DNA from: Owenia fusiformis
Taxonomy: Eukaryota
Assembly: GCA_903813345.2 (NCBI GenBank)
Contig: CAIIXF020000001.1
Location: forward strand, 22,568,001 to 22,632,000
DNA length: 64,000 nucleotides
Direction: 5' to 3'
In this document: positions 1-12,163 of the stretch, piece after piece
Layout of the letters: every line of letters starts with the position of its first letter
Numbering within the stretch: the first letter of the stretch is position 1
Program-made: the position numbers and the translations under genes
Notes under the pieces: generated by a model
Seen by the model: the letters and a program-made list of their open reading frames with translations, nothing else
What the model was told of the DNA's origin: nothing
Databases searched by the model: none

Positions 1-95
1 TGTTTGGATTAGCAAAAATAGGTCTGGGATATTCGGTTATTTTATTGATAACAGCTAGATTTGGACTTTTGAGTCACCAGTCCTGACAGATATAA

Positions 96-1961
96 CAGTC
101 AAGCCAAGTAAGTAAGTCAACATTCGAAAATAAAAATCTCAAAAATCGTACATCTTTGATTTCCAAAATAATTTGTGAGGTGGTTATTTAGATGATAATA
201 CACATTTTAACGCACTAATTTTGAGTACATCTCGAATCCATTCTCAACAAAGCGTTCTCGAAATAAGTATTCGAAATGTTTGAGTTCGGGATGATAAAAG
301 TACGTTAAGATATACCGCTCCTTAACAAACTCCTCTAGGAACAAGATATAGAATCAAATGCATATTCTTCCTATTTATTCCCTGACACATGCCAATGAAT
401 GTTGCATAAGTAAATATCTCCGTTTTAAAAAATTTTGAAAACGTTGTTCTCTGCGGGTGCCATTTTTTATAATTGAAAAACAAAATTGAACAATTTGCAT
501 TTCTAAATTGATAAGTTTCTTGGAATACAACTTAACTGTAAACGATTTAAGTCATTATTAATATTTCCCTTAGTGAACCCATGCTGAATAGACAGTAACT
601 GGGTCAATGTTTTGTGTTCAACCTTGTTTTCATGACTTTTAAACATGAGTCGACGATTATGTAGGAAATTTCATTTTCAAATGGAAGCGTGTCAACTCCT
701 GTTTTTGCACAATATTTAGCCCTTTATAATGATAGATCGCCAAAATATGTATGTACCTCTCAATTAGGCGATATGTTTTTCAATTTATAGATGTAAACTA
801 TAAACTCAAACAAAAATTCAAACCACCCGCTCTATTATTTTGATTACACAAGACGAAATTTCCACTCCCGGGGAGCACTTTGGTATCACTTTGAAGGAGG
901 ATTCTTGAAAAATCGTTCGAATTTTCACAAAAGGTTTCACGTAATTTTATTGCTATGTTTAAGCCTCGACTTATATTATACTCAAATCCGATGCCATAAT
1001 TATGAATCAAAATGAAACATTCAATTCACCAGGTTAAATAATAAACCGTTTTGAGAATTGATGATTTGAGTTAATTGTGGATATTTATATAAATGTAAGT
1101 TGGCATGTATTCGACAGTTAATGTACACACATGATGTATGCATCAACGTGTGACTTTTAATATCAATTCGTGACTATCACATTTGGCTTCAAAAAATTAA
1201 GTTGGAAATTACAGTGGTAGGAGATTAACGAAAACGTCAATCACATCCAAATATACGTACGACGTCAAGTATTAACAAAACACTTTTCGTGCATCTCGAA
1301 CATGGCAAGGTTCCGTTATCCAGGAATGTGCATTTTGAAAGAAAAAATTCACAAATAACAAAAAATTTCATTGAGTAGGATATTACTTTCGAAATCACAA
1401 CTTTCGAATTATTTTTTTTAACCAAGAATTGTAAGAACTTGAAACATGTTGTGAGTTTTTCAAACGGCATATCCTCATTCACGTTCTTTGACAAGGATGA
1501 ATCCATTTGAAAACATGGATTTTCTTGATTATTCTTCAAAACTACCCTTGAGATATAAGTATGTAGGATATTACAGTGTAAATTGACACGCATTTGTTTG
1601 CTCGATATCCTGAACAAATAAATGCAGTACCGTCTTGCAATATTTGAAAACCGAAAGTTCATTCTGTGTGTTAACAAGAAAAAATACATTTATGGTTGGT
1701 TCATAATGAAAAATGACGAATAACGTATATCTTTTGAAGTAGGGGTATACAGGGACACAGTGGAAAATCAGAAATTTAGGTCATATCCCAAAGATTGCTT
1801 CACCAATATGTAACAGAACATCAAAATTATCATTTACACGTTTGCTGATAGGTTTACTGAAAATAATTAACCAGAGGTTTACTTCAATTGTGGCACCATT
1901 CTTAGTAAATATTGATGAACATACGAATATCGAATGTTGACTAAGTTACTTGTCTTGACCG
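96..1961. mobile_element. Non-autonomous TIR DNA transposon with 4-bp TSD (Sola-like, tentative)
   Basis: Left end CAGTCAAGCCAAGTAAGTAAGTCAACATTCGA (from 96) is an imperfect ~32-bp inverted repeat of TCGAATGTTGACTAAGTTACTTGTCTTGACCG (to 1961). ATAA is duplicated on both sides (92-95, 1962-1965). No intact transposase. The superfamily is inferred only from TSD length. Confidence 0.75.
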
Positions 1962-2118
1962 ATAAGCTGAAGTACATTTGTACATGATCTTGGGAATTTT
2001 ATTCATGGGTTTGGTTTACTTTTAACTTATAATTTAATTAGTAACTTGTTTATGTATTCAATAAACCAAACATCCAAATACAAAGACAATAATCTCACTT
2101 TCAGAAATCACTGAGAAA

Positions 2119-5100
2119 ATGTATGATCTTGGCTGTAAAATTAAAGCATATGAAGAAAGTAAAACAGAATCAGAACTAAAGAAACAAGCAGATCTAATGT
2201 GTGAACTGGGTGATGAGTTCATGGAATCAGCTGAAACCTCTCCAACCTGGTATGAACATTATGTCTGGGCGTCTGGTCTCTTTAATGCTGCAAAATGTCG
2301 TCAGCCTACCGAGACATTATGGCTAAAGGTAAAGGATTTAACTTCATCCAGTCCAAGCTCAATTTATAGTCACGATTATATTGACCAAAGAATACAACAA
2401 ATTGACACCAATTTCCTAAATAAACTGTCTAAGAAGAATACGATGTCAACACGTAAACTCACAAAGAAGTACAAAGAGGCACTTGAAACAATACGTAACT
2501 ACTCAGAAAACACTGTGAATAACATCATTGACAATGACATGGTTGTAGATGATGTTACATCAGAGATCAAGCCTGAATATGAAGACAAAACAATAGAACA
2601 TAGTAAGGTCTACTATAATGATCTCACAGAGAAGCTTTTAGAATTTTATAGGTCAATTATCACAAATTGTATGTCTGTTTTAGATCTTCAGAATTGTAAA
2701 TACAGGGTTGCTATTATGGCTTTAGGGTCACTGTCCCGTAAAGAAGTGACAGCTTATTCTGATATAGAGTGGGCAATATTGTATGATCCATTAGGCCAGC
2801 CAGATGCACTAGTTAGAGATGAGTTACGTATGTTAGTTTATTATGTTCATCTCCATGTACTCAATCTAGGTGAGACCATTTTGAACAATCTTGACATTCC
2901 CGTGTTAACAAACTTCAATGACAAATTGCTACCAAGACCCAATATGACTGATGTAGACTTTAGGGACAATGTTACGACAAGAGGTATCTCACTTGATGGA
3001 ACACACCCTTTAGCAAGTAAGACACCAATAGGACGAAAATCAAGAAAGAACCCTACGAAACCAGAAACACTAGAACTTATAATGACATTAGATGAAATGA
3101 CCAAATACCAATTCACTGATGAATCATTAAAAGAGGGGTATCGTCTCAGTGATGTGTTGATGAACTCAGCATTGATTACAGGAGATGACACCCTCTGGCA
3201 TGATTACAATGACAAGGTTCATTCCATATTACAACAAAAACAGTCCAAGAGACCAAACATGTCAATAGGTGCAGAAAGGGCCATGGAAACACTAAATGAT
3301 GACTTAAAGAAATTTCTTGAAAAGCCGCTTACTAGTGAATCATTTAGTATGGCAATGCATACCAAACATGATGTATATAGATTAACAACCATCTCTATAA
3401 ACATCCTTAAGCTACTACACGGTTGTAAATCTTTTGCTCCCTTAGATGTCCTTGATGAGTTATTTGAAAGAAATATCTTAACTGAAAGAGCTAAAAAGGA
3501 TTTGCAACTCATGGTTTGCATTGCAACCAATCTCAGACATATGGTGTACAGTAAATATAAACAACAAAAAGAAAACATATCATTTTTGTTAAGTAAATCT
3601 GATAAAGATTCAATAGACTCGACAAATGTTTTACCTGTTAGAGGATACACTGCAATTATTCAATTTTACACTATATTCAAGCCATGGTCTAATTTTTTGG
3701 TCTCTCAGAAAAACAACACTAAGTCATGGACACATCAAGAAAGGTACATGGAAGATAGCAATGTCGTTAAAGGTGAATTATACAAAGACATGTATTTTTC
3801 AGAAAAGGCAGTATTTGCTTATCAAAGAGAATTAGAAAAGCACAGAAAACTTGCTGAACATGGAAATAAGCAAGTAATAATCTCCCTTCAACTTGAACTT
3901 GGTTTATTATACCAAACACGTGCTGAGTTTAAAGATGCTTTGCAGATTAATAATGAGGCTCTGGTCATTTGTAAGACAATTTATGGAGATAACCCACACA
4001 AAAGTGTAGCAACATCCTTACATAATATAGGTTCTGTGTATGATGACATGGGAGAGTATACCAAAGCAATGAAATATTATGAAGATAGTTTATCAATGGA
4101 AATGAAGATCCATGGAGATAACCCCCACCCAAGTGTAGCATCATCCTTACATAATATAGGTCTTGTGTATGCGAAAATGGGTGAGTACATCAAACCAATG
4201 AAATATTATGAAGATAGTTTATCAATGAATTTGAAGATCCATGGAGATAACCCACACCCAGATGTAGCATCATCCTTACATAATATAGGTCTTGTGTATA
4301 AGAATATGGGAGAGTATACCAAAGCAATGAAATATTATGAAAATAGTTTATCAATGGAGATGAAGATCCATGGAGATAACCCACACCCAGCTATAGCAGC
4401 ATCCTTACATAATATAGGTTCTGTGAATGACAACATGGGAGAGTATACCAAAGCAATGAAATATTATGAAGATAGTTTATCAATGGTAATGAAGATCCAT
4501 GGAGATAACCCACACCCAGCTATAGCAGCATCCTTACATAATATAGGTCTTGTGTATAAGAAAATGGGAGAGTACATCAAAGCAATGAAATATTATGAAG
4601 ATAGTTTATCAATGAGAATGAGGATCCATGGCGATAACCCACACCCAGATGTAGCAACATCCTTACATAATATAGGTTCTGTGTATGACAACATGGGAGA
4701 GTATACCAAAGCAATGAAATATAATGAAGATAGTTTATCAATGAGAATGAGGATCCATGGCGATAACCCACACCCAGATGTAGCAGCATCCTTACATAAT
4801 ATAGGTTCTGTGTATGCCGACATGGGAGAGTATACCAAAGCAATGAAATATTATGAAGATAGTTTATCAATGAAAATGAAGATCCATGGAGATAACCCCC
4901 ACCCAAGTGTAGCATCATCCTTACATAATATAGGTTCTGTGTATGACAACATGGGAGAGTATACCAAAGCAATGAAATATAATGAAGATAGTTTATCAAT
5001 GAGAATGAGGATCCATGGCGATAACCCACACCCAGATGTAGCAGCATCCTTACATAATATAGGTTCTGTGTATGCCGACATGGGAGAGTATACCAAAGCA

Positions 5101-5874
5101 ATGAAATATTATGAAGATAGTTTATCAATGAAAATGAAGATCCATGGAGATAACCCCCACCCAAGTGTAGCATCATCCTTACATAATATAGGTTCTGTGT
5201 ATGACAACATGGGAGAGTATACCAAAGCAATGAAATATTATGAAGATAGTTTATCAATGAACATGAAGATCCATGGAGATAACCCCCACCCAGATGTAGC
5301 AGCATCCTTACATAATATAGGTTCTGTGTATGAGGACATGGGAGAGTATACCAAAGCAATGAAATATTATGAAGATAGTTTATCAATGGAGATGAAGATT
5401 CACGGAGATAACCCACACCCAAGTGTAGCATCATCCTTACATAATATAGGTTCTGTGTATGACGACATGGGAGAGTATACCAAAGCAATGAAATATTATG
5501 AAGATAGTTTATCAATGAAAATGAAAATCCATGGAGATAACCCCCACCCAGATGTAGCAGCATCCTTACATAATATAGGTCTTGTGTATAAGAAACTGGG
5601 AGAGTATACCAAAGCAATGAAATATTATGAAGATAGTTTATCAATGAGGATGAGGATCTATGGAGATAACCCACACCCAAGTGTAGCATCATCCTTACAT
5701 AATATAGGTTCTGTGTATAACAACACAGGAGAGTTTACCAAAGCAATGAAGTACTATAATGAGTGTTTAGCTATTGAAAGGAAGGTATATGGGAGTGATT
5801 CACATCCTGAAGTTGCAAAAACTTTGAGAAATATAGACAGATGTCAAGAAGCTCAGATTAATCAACCAAAATAG
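2119..5874 (+). CDS. Nucleotidyltransferase (Pol-beta superfamily, GlnD/GlnE/DUF294-like) plus helical domain plus TPR array; probably the large terminal exon of a spliced gene
   Basis: Uninterrupted 1251-aa ORF. The motif IMALGSLSRKEVTAYSDIEWAIL fits GS-x-[SA]R-x-E...SD-x-[DE]. A helical region follows (KHDVYRL...LDVLDELFERNIL...LRHMVY), then 14 repeats of SLHNIGxVYxxMGEYTKAMKYYEDSLSMxMKIHGDNPHPxVA. A candidate acceptor CACTTTCAG ends at 2104 and gives an in-frame phase-1 entry at 2105. Confidence 0.9.
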   Translation: MYDLGCKIKAYEESKTESELKKQADLMCELGDEFMESAETSPTWYEHYVWASGLFNAAKCRQPTETLWLKVKDLTSSSPSSIYSHDYIDQRIQQIDTNFLNKLSKKNTMSTRKLTKKYKEALETIRNYSENTVNNIIDNDMVVDDVTSEIKPEYEDKTIEHSKVYYNDLTEKLLEFYRSIITNCMSVLDLQNCKYRVAIMALGSLSRKEVTAYSDIEWAILYDPLGQPDALVRDELRMLVYYVHLHVLNLGETILNNLDIPVLTNFNDKLLPRPNMTDVDFRDNVTTRGISLDGTHPLASKTPIGRKSRKNPTKPETLELIMTLDEMTKYQFTDESLKEGYRLSDVLMNSALITGDDTLWHDYNDKVHSILQQKQSKRPNMSIGAERAMETLNDDLKKFLEKPLTSESFSMAMHTKHDVYRLTTISINILKLLHGCKSFAPLDVLDELFERNILTERAKKDLQLMVCIATNLRHMVYSKYKQQKENISFLLSKSDKDSIDSTNVLPVRGYTAIIQFYTIFKPWSNFLVSQKNNTKSWTHQERYMEDSNVVKGELYKDMYFSEKAVFAYQRELEKHRKLAEHGNKQVIISLQLELGLLYQTRAEFKDALQINNEALVICKTIYGDNPHKSVATSLHNIGSVYDDMGEYTKAMKYYEDSLSMEMKIHGDNPHPSVASSLHNIGLVYAKMGEYIKPMKYYEDSLSMNLKIHGDNPHPDVASSLHNIGLVYKNMGEYTKAMKYYENSLSMEMKIHGDNPHPAIAASLHNIGSVNDNMGEYTKAMKYYEDSLSMVMKIHGDNPHPAIAASLHNIGLVYKKMGEYIKAMKYYEDSLSMRMRIHGDNPHPDVATSLHNIGSVYDNMGEYTKAMKYNEDSLSMRMRIHGDNPHPDVAASLHNIGSVYADMGEYTKAMKYYEDSLSMKMKIHGDNPHPSVASSLHNIGSVYDNMGEYTKAMKYNEDSLSMRMRIHGDNPHPDVAASLHNIGSVYADMGEYTKAMKYYEDSLSMKMKIHGDNPHPSVASSLHNIGSVYDNMGEYTKAMKYYEDSLSMNMKIHGDNPHPDVAASLHNIGSVYEDMGEYTKAMKYYEDSLSMEMKIHGDNPHPSVASSLHNIGSVYDDMGEYTKAMKYYEDSLSMKMKIHGDNPHPDVAASLHNIGLVYKKLGEYTKAMKYYEDSLSMRMRIYGDNPHPSVASSLHNIGSVYNNTGEFTKAMKYYNECLAIERKVYGSDSHPEVAKTLRNIDRCQEAQINQPK
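3985..5790 (+). repeat. Coding tandem repeat, 129-bp unit x14 (TPR)
   Basis: CATAATATAGG recurs every 129 bp from 4021 to 5698. Units 6-7 and 8-9 are almost identical, indicating a recent 258-bp duplication. Confidence 0.95.
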
Positions 5875-6405
5875 CATTTTCAACAGTTTTCTCATCAACT
5901 TCAATCCAACCGAAAATTTGAAGCAAAAAGCAATATTACCACCCACTCCATATTAATAAGCAATAATTACATAAAAATGTCAAACAAAAATAAAAATGTC
6001 ACAATAATTTCACCCAAACCTTGATTATGACACACTGTAATATTTGCATACATTAAAAACATATTTTATTTGATTACATAATCTGACAATGTATAACACA
6101 AAACACATATAATTACTGACTACATACTTGCATTTATAGTCATAAATAACAGTAAGAAAACATGGTAAAGAAACAAACGTTTGACAATGTATCACATACC
6201 AAATGTGAAATATATTTCTAATCAGAGATGGGAACATTGTATCTTTCATCAATGAACTGGTTAATGGACATTCACTGCTGAGTAAGAAGTGGAATTTCCT
6301 ATTAACATTCATTCTGATACTCATAGCATCTCTCTCTGTTGCATCACAGAAGGATAGAGATGGAGAGGGCGTGGGTTACCACGATGATTAACATGATTAA
6401 CATTA

Positions 6406-6840
6406 CCCCAGACAGGTTGAATGAGGCAGTCATGTTTTTACTCTATATTTGCTTTTTTAGGATGTGGCCCAGAGTGACAAGTTTTTCATTTACCTAATGC
6501 ACTGAGATATCATATTATGCCTATTGAACATGACAAAAATGAATAACAATAATCAGTCAATTATTAATATGGCAACAAATATATCTGGAAAGACTTTAGG
6601 CGGCCAAAAATTGAAATAACGTTAAAAGTTCAATTGTTCAAGCAAAAACCTGTATTTTATTGACAGTGAAGTGTTTTTGAAAAAAGTCTGTCAAAATCAT
6701 AAAATTATGAATTTTGTTAAAAAAAATTTTCCATGTTGGAAATGGTCTCTAGAATAAATCTTGAAAATTTCAATAAGAATGGTTGTTCCATTGAACATAT
6801 AGAGTAAAAAACATGACTGCATCATTCAACCTGTCCGGGG
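6406..6840. mobile_element. MITE with ~43-bp TIRs and TA TSD (Tc1/mariner-type)
   Basis: CCCCAGACAGGTTGAATGAGGCAGTCATGTTTTTTACTCTATA pairs with TATAGAGTAAAAAACATGACTGCATCATTCAACCTGTCCGGGG. TA flanks both ends (6404-6405, 6841-6842). Confidence 0.85.
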
Positions 6841-6921
6841 TACTATAGTCTAGGTTGGACATAATAGCTGGAAAAATACTCATTTATGTAGGTGGACTAA
6901 GGGGGAAGTCTGGACAGACAC

Positions 6922-7052
6922 TGAGAAAGATAGATAACCAGTATACAATATGACTGCACTTAATCATTGAGAAAGATAGATAACCAGTATACAATATGAC
7001 TGCACTTAGTTATTGAGAAAGATAGAGGACATACAAATATGACTGTACTTAG
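6922..7052. repeat. Minisatellite, ~46-bp unit, about 2.8 copies
   Basis: TGAGAAAGATAGATAACCAGTATACAATATGACTGCACTTA occurs twice, followed by a degenerate third copy. Confidence 0.8.
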
Positions 7053-7925
7053 TCTAGTGAGAGTGTCTGGAATGACTCTTTGAAAGATGACATGAAATAT
7101 GACTGAACTTGACCATCACAAAATTCTGCACATTTTACTTTCACGTGGTCACTTTTTTAATAAGATGATGTACATGACTTGGTTTAACATATGCAAATAC
7201 ATCTCATGTTTTCTTGTTTTTATGTATTAGACATAGGCTCATTTGAAAATGTGACCAAGGCATAAACTAGTCAAATTTTAGTAAGAGACCAGTCAAATTT
7301 TGCAAAGTCTGTAAAAGAAGAATGTTAAAATTAAAAGTGCAAACCAAATCTAAGAAGAATGCCCACTCTATATCAGAATTTAAAACATGGATTTCATATT
7401 AATGGCCATTAATTGAGGAAGTTTTTGAAAATCACTTTACATATTCCTCTAACCTTGTATCTTAGTTGTGATCTAGTATCTGTTTATTTTCAAGACATTT
7501 TAGTTTACATATTTCTCATGGAATAGCTGTTTATAATTTTAAATTTAAATTGTACATTTTGAAAATTTAAAATTATAAACAGCTGTTGCACATTAGGTTG
7601 TTACGGTGAAAGCTCTTATCCCTGATTCAATAAAAGACTAAAAGATTTCCAAAATGCAACTGCAGCATCTGTTTAGGTGATACGATGAAACCATGTTCAA
7701 TTAATTCATATGATGATATTAAGCTTGACCTAGAGAGAGAATCAAGTGACCCTAGTGCCTTAAAATGGATATTGTATATATAACATAATGTATAGCCCAT
7801 ATTAGTTATTATGTAAAAAGATCTGGATCATACAGGACTATCCTTCTTTCCAGAATCATAGGTATAGATATATAAGTTGGCTAAAAGCCTAGAACAGAAT
7901 TTTTAAGCAGTGGTAAAGAGTGACA

Positions 7926-8211
7926 AACCTGAGGTCCGGGAATGAAGTAATAAATGTATTAAAAAAGAATCGTATTCCCTGTAAAAAGCGCTCAGTGTAC
8001 TTTCGGAATTGAAATTTCCATTGTATCCCAACACAAAGTGTGCCCATGTAGCCCATTGGTTTGAAAAGGTAATTAGAAAGGATTTAGATTAGTATTTCTT
8101 ATCATGTTATGTCAATCATTCATCCATCTTTTTCATCTTTATTCATGTGTTAGTAGGCTAGTGCATACCTAGTTACCTAAACAATTTATTACTACTCCCG
8201 GACCTCAGGTT
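7926..8211. mobile_element. Small MITE-like element
   Basis: AACCTGAGGTCCGGGA..GTAATAAAT pairs with ATTTATTAC..TCCCGGACCTCAGGTT. The TSD is ambiguous. Confidence 0.6.
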
Positions 8212-8517
8212 CAAACAATGTAAGCAGTCCAGAAATATATTTATTCCAAGTTTTATCTAATCTTTTGCAACTACTTTATCTTTACCAAACTAACTGATAA
8301 TCTAAATGTTTTTTTGGTGAATATAAAAGATGGCTTTTACTGATTGGCCATATTGTTTGCATGTCTGTACTGCGTCACCTTTAACCACTGTGGAAAACAG
8401 ATTATTATTTAGTGCATATTATTTATACAGTACATGTATATGAGATCAATAACATTTTTAAGAATGGAAGTGTTCGGTTGTATTTTCCCTTTCCTGCTAG
8501 AAAAAATGAATGAGTCT

Positions 8518-8579
8518 CTGACATGAGTATCTGACATGAATATCTGACATGAGTATTTGACATGAGTATCTGACATGAG
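8518..8579. repeat. 13-bp tandem repeat (TCTGACATGAGTA), ~5 copies
   Basis: Read directly from the sequence. Confidence 0.85.
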
Positions 8580-8713
8580 GCAAACCAAAGTTCTAAAAAA
8601 TATTCATTCAGACATTTTTGTTTCAATTAAAAATGTGAAAACAATGTCTTATGAATTTTCTTTTATCTACTGTCTCACCTATTTATATATGACTTGCCAA
8701 TTTTTAGTTCCTG

Positions 8714-8833
8714 CAGGTCTGTAGCCAAGGGGGGGGGGGGTCATTTTTGACAACTTTGGCTCAGAATGGTGAAAAACTATGATTTTGAAAGAATTTTTGT
8801 CCAGTGTTAGAACCCCCCCTGGCTACGGGCCTG
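8714..8833. mobile_element. 120-bp MITE with 5-bp TSD
   Basis: CAGGTCTGTAGCCAAGGGGG pairs with CCCCCCTGGCTACGGGCCTG. TCCTG is duplicated at 8709-8713 and 8834-8838. A solo matching end CCTGGCTACGGGCCTG lies at ~15546-15561. Confidence 0.75.
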
Positions 8834-10747
8834 TCCTGGTTATGGATTTGAACAATTATTAAATCCTCCAATACTGTATGCTTATTGACTTTTTATGGTA
8901 CATGATATGAATTAGATGAACTTACTGCCTTGAAAGTTCATTGCAAGAAAGATGAAAAGACTAATAAACACTCGCAACAAGTCATCAGTCGATAGAACTG
9001 ATTTTCTTGCATGTCTTACTTAAATGGTTAATAGGAGTTTAAAAACTATCAGTAAAAACAAACATTGTTGTGTAATCTGAAATGTTGAAACTGAATGCTC
9101 TTGTATTGTTTCTTTTTAGTAAACATATCCTGTCCACTGACATGTTTCCCAAGCCTGCAGCCTTTGAAACACATCAGTGGACAGGATATTCCAGTAGGAC
9201 AACAATTTTGCTTAATTTTTCATAATGTGAAAAAGTGTAAACATTTTTCAGATATTTTGTAAACTTGCATATTTTGGCAGTTTGATTTAAATAAACTGGA
9301 TGGCTCATGATAGAATTTCCAAGCACAGGACTCAATGTTTTCTGGGTGATTTATAATTAAACTGAGGCTGACAAGAAAATCCCAAATCATTGAGAACTGT
9401 GGTTAAATTGTTTACACATGGTAAACAGTTTGATAAACATTATGGAAATGAAGGTTATTTTTCATTGTAATCTGGCCAAATACAATCGCATATGTTGATG
9501 GTCAAAAAGCTACTTTATGCACCTCTCATATGTCTAATGCTATGTTTGATGGGCAGTGCCCAGATATTCTTTTAGTACAAAAAACTTATCAGAGAATGCA
9601 TATAAAGGCCAACTGTGTTCTTGAAATTGATCAAAAATTATTTTCACAAAGTGATACAGAATGGTTAGCTATAATATTGCTCAAATGAGCAAAACTTATG
9701 CAAAGCTTTCCAGAATTCAAGGTTACAAACAACATGTAAAAAATATGTTTTCAATTTCTTAACATTTTTCATATTTCAATTTATACAGAACCTGTATAAC
9801 ATAATATTGTATAATATAATACAATGTACACAATAATTACAATATTTAGTTTTGACATAAAAAAGTGAACATTTGTTATATCACAGAGAGACATATGAGT
9901 TTCACTTTCTTGTATTTATACCTATGTTAAGATAGTCTTGTCTTGATTCACTTATATAGGATTTCTTTATCTCTTTAAATTGCTTTATTATCAACGCTCA
10001 CCAAGAATTGACGATCTTGCATGTGTACTTGCTCATGCAAGAACCTCTATATACAATATATTGTATATACACTGTAATATTTACAATTAATTCAATAAAA
10101 TAAATAAATACTTTATACAGCTGTACATGCTCTTATTGTCATAATGTCAAAAAATACTAAAATAAGTACAACATCAAATCTGAATATACAACAATTGTAA
10201 GCTTAAAAATAATGAGTACTCTAGGTAGATCTTGTGTAAAAAATAAATAAAAATATACAATCTGGGCATATGTGATGTATATTACTTTTGAATATGTTCA
10301 GGACGGAAGATATTCTTTACAATATGTTCAACTAAAACATTTTCCCTTTTCTGGCGAAATGTGAGACATTACGTATGTGCAGACTTATTGAATCATAATG
10401 CTACAATTGTTGTCATATTGTAGCATATTGTTCCAGTTATTGTAGCATATTGCTCCTATTGTACAAATTGTAATCAGCTCATCTAGCAAAGATGAAGACA
10501 AGGGACGGTCTTCATATTATAAGGCACTAGCTTATATTATAGGAATATTCTCATGGTAGTCCAAATAACTCAATAGTCATTGAAACATATAAGATATACG
10601 AGTATATCAATGTCAAAATGTTCTATAATACAATAGCTTTTAACCACCTTCACTAACATTAGCTCCCTGAAAAACCACCAATATTTGATAAGTCCCTTAT
10701 GACTATGAGATCATTAAGTGATGTTTTAAATCATCAGTGTATCCACG

Positions 10748-11012
10748 TCATCTTTTCCTTATAAGGGATGCCACATAGACCCATACAGAGAGCACTGAGT
10801 TGGGATACGCATGTACATGCACAGCCAACGCAAACTCCACATCTGACGATTCATTAAACCATACACCTGTAGAGTAGACAGTCTCTATAATGGGTTCAAG
10901 GTCTGTAAAAGGGAGGTTAATAGGGAAGCCTGATAGTTTATAGTTGCTGAGTATGGAGGCAAGCTCTTGTATTGTCTCATCCTGCATTCCTTTGCCTCTT
11001 GTAGCCTCCAGC
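10748..11012 (-). CDS. CC2D2A: Terminal coding exon of CC2D2A (MKS6) homolog
   Basis: Acceptor TATATTCCAG|G. The translation LEATRGKGMQDETIQELASILSNYKLSGFPINLPFTDLEPIIETVYSTGV...VEFALAVHVHAYPNSVLSVWVYVASLIRKR* matches my recollection of the CC2D2A C-terminus (SGFPLHMPY...[30 protein letters not shown]). Confidence 0.9.
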
Positions 11013-11303
11013 CTGGAATATACAATAGCAATTGCATTAGGTCATAATGACACAGAGAATAGACCATCAATTTCTGTTTTAAAAGCATTTGTTAGTCAAT
11101 AATATTTTCTGACAAGTTTACATCATCATAAGTATGTTATAAATCATTTATCATAATATCATTATATCTCAAGGCATATATGACACAATAATGACAAAAC
11201 CTCTAATTACAAATTGCTGTTATACAGTATAGGCCCTTTCCATGCAAATTTTAATTACATAATATGTCAGTTGAGCATTTGTGAATGGAAAATGTCTACC
11301 TAC

Positions 11304-11463
11304 CTTGGTAGAAGAGTTCTGAAGGCCTGCATACAGAATCTGTTCCAACGTGTTATATTCCTGGGGCGCCACTCCATAATCTTTGCCTTAAGGGTCTGCT
11401 CAATCTTTGACTGTATGTCCATCACATTCTGGGGCCTTGTAGGCACATAGATCAGAGCTTCCG
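11304..11463 (-). CDS. CC2D2A: Penultimate exon of CC2D2A homolog, apparently 5'-truncated
   Basis: Minus-strand translation EALIYVPTRPQNVMDIQSKIEQTLKAKIMEWRPRNITRWNRFCMQAFRTLLPR. The donor CCAAG|GTAGGT splices in frame over a 291-bp GT-AG intron (11013-11303). There is no convincing acceptor upstream, and an in-frame TAA lies ~24 nt upstream. Confidence 0.85.
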
Positions 11464-11879
11464 AATGAATTAATAAACAGTTTTAAAGTTTTTTTTACCA
11501 CGGGGAGGCCATGTCAGGTAAAATAACACATGCAGCACAAACATGTGCTAAAATCTTTTAAAGAAATGTTGAAATCAGTTAACTTAAATCTGTCAATACA
11601 GTATTGAGGAGTTTTGATTAAAGAACATGAATGCACTTTGAAAAAATAACTACACTTATTATTCATGTCTTACCCATTATAACAATAACTTGGAAAGAGG
11701 CTATCAGATTTAGCAACCTTATCTGTGAATATTGCCTACAGGCGAGAAAGAGGACATGCTGCCTTTCCCATCCGCCATTTTTTGTTATCGTTACCGCAAA
11801 GTTTGGCAAATCGCCTTGACGTTACCGTCCTGCTATAACACTGTGGTATTGACCTTTTTGTTACTTAAAAGCTAACCAG

Positions 11880-12002
11880 AAACTTCAAGAAGACGTTCAT
11901 TTTTTGCAAAAATACATCAATAAAAGTACAGGTAATTCTGAATGTCTAATATAAAAAAATATTGATGTATTTTTGCAAAAGTGAACGTCTTCTTGAAGTT
12001 TT
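11880..12002. repeat. Inverted repeat with ~43-bp arms
   Basis: AAACTTCAAGAAGACGTTCATTTTTTGCAAAAATACATCAATA pairs with TATTGATGTATTTTTGCAAAAGTGAACGTCTTCTTGAAGTTT. Confidence 0.75.
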
Positions 12003-12163
12003 CAAAAATATGTCAAAACATTTTACTTTCAAGAAAAATGAGCCAAAATCGTACAAAACTTTCAAAATACTCGTTGGTTGTTTTGCCGATGGACAATTTT
12101 GACATTTTGATCAATTTTGATTCGCAACATACTACTCGGACTCTCCGAACATCAGCAACATGT

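Noticed and set aside
798-1689. Minus-strand ORFs of 70 and 150 aa
   Set aside because: They lie inside the 96-1961 TIR element and show no recognisable protein motif.
4190-5692. Antisense ORFs up to 371 aa
   Set aside because: They are shadows of the 129-bp coding repeat on the opposite strand.
7522-7587. AT-rich hairpin as a terminator or ncRNA
   Set aside because: It is an isolated palindrome with no supporting context and is most likely a MITE remnant.
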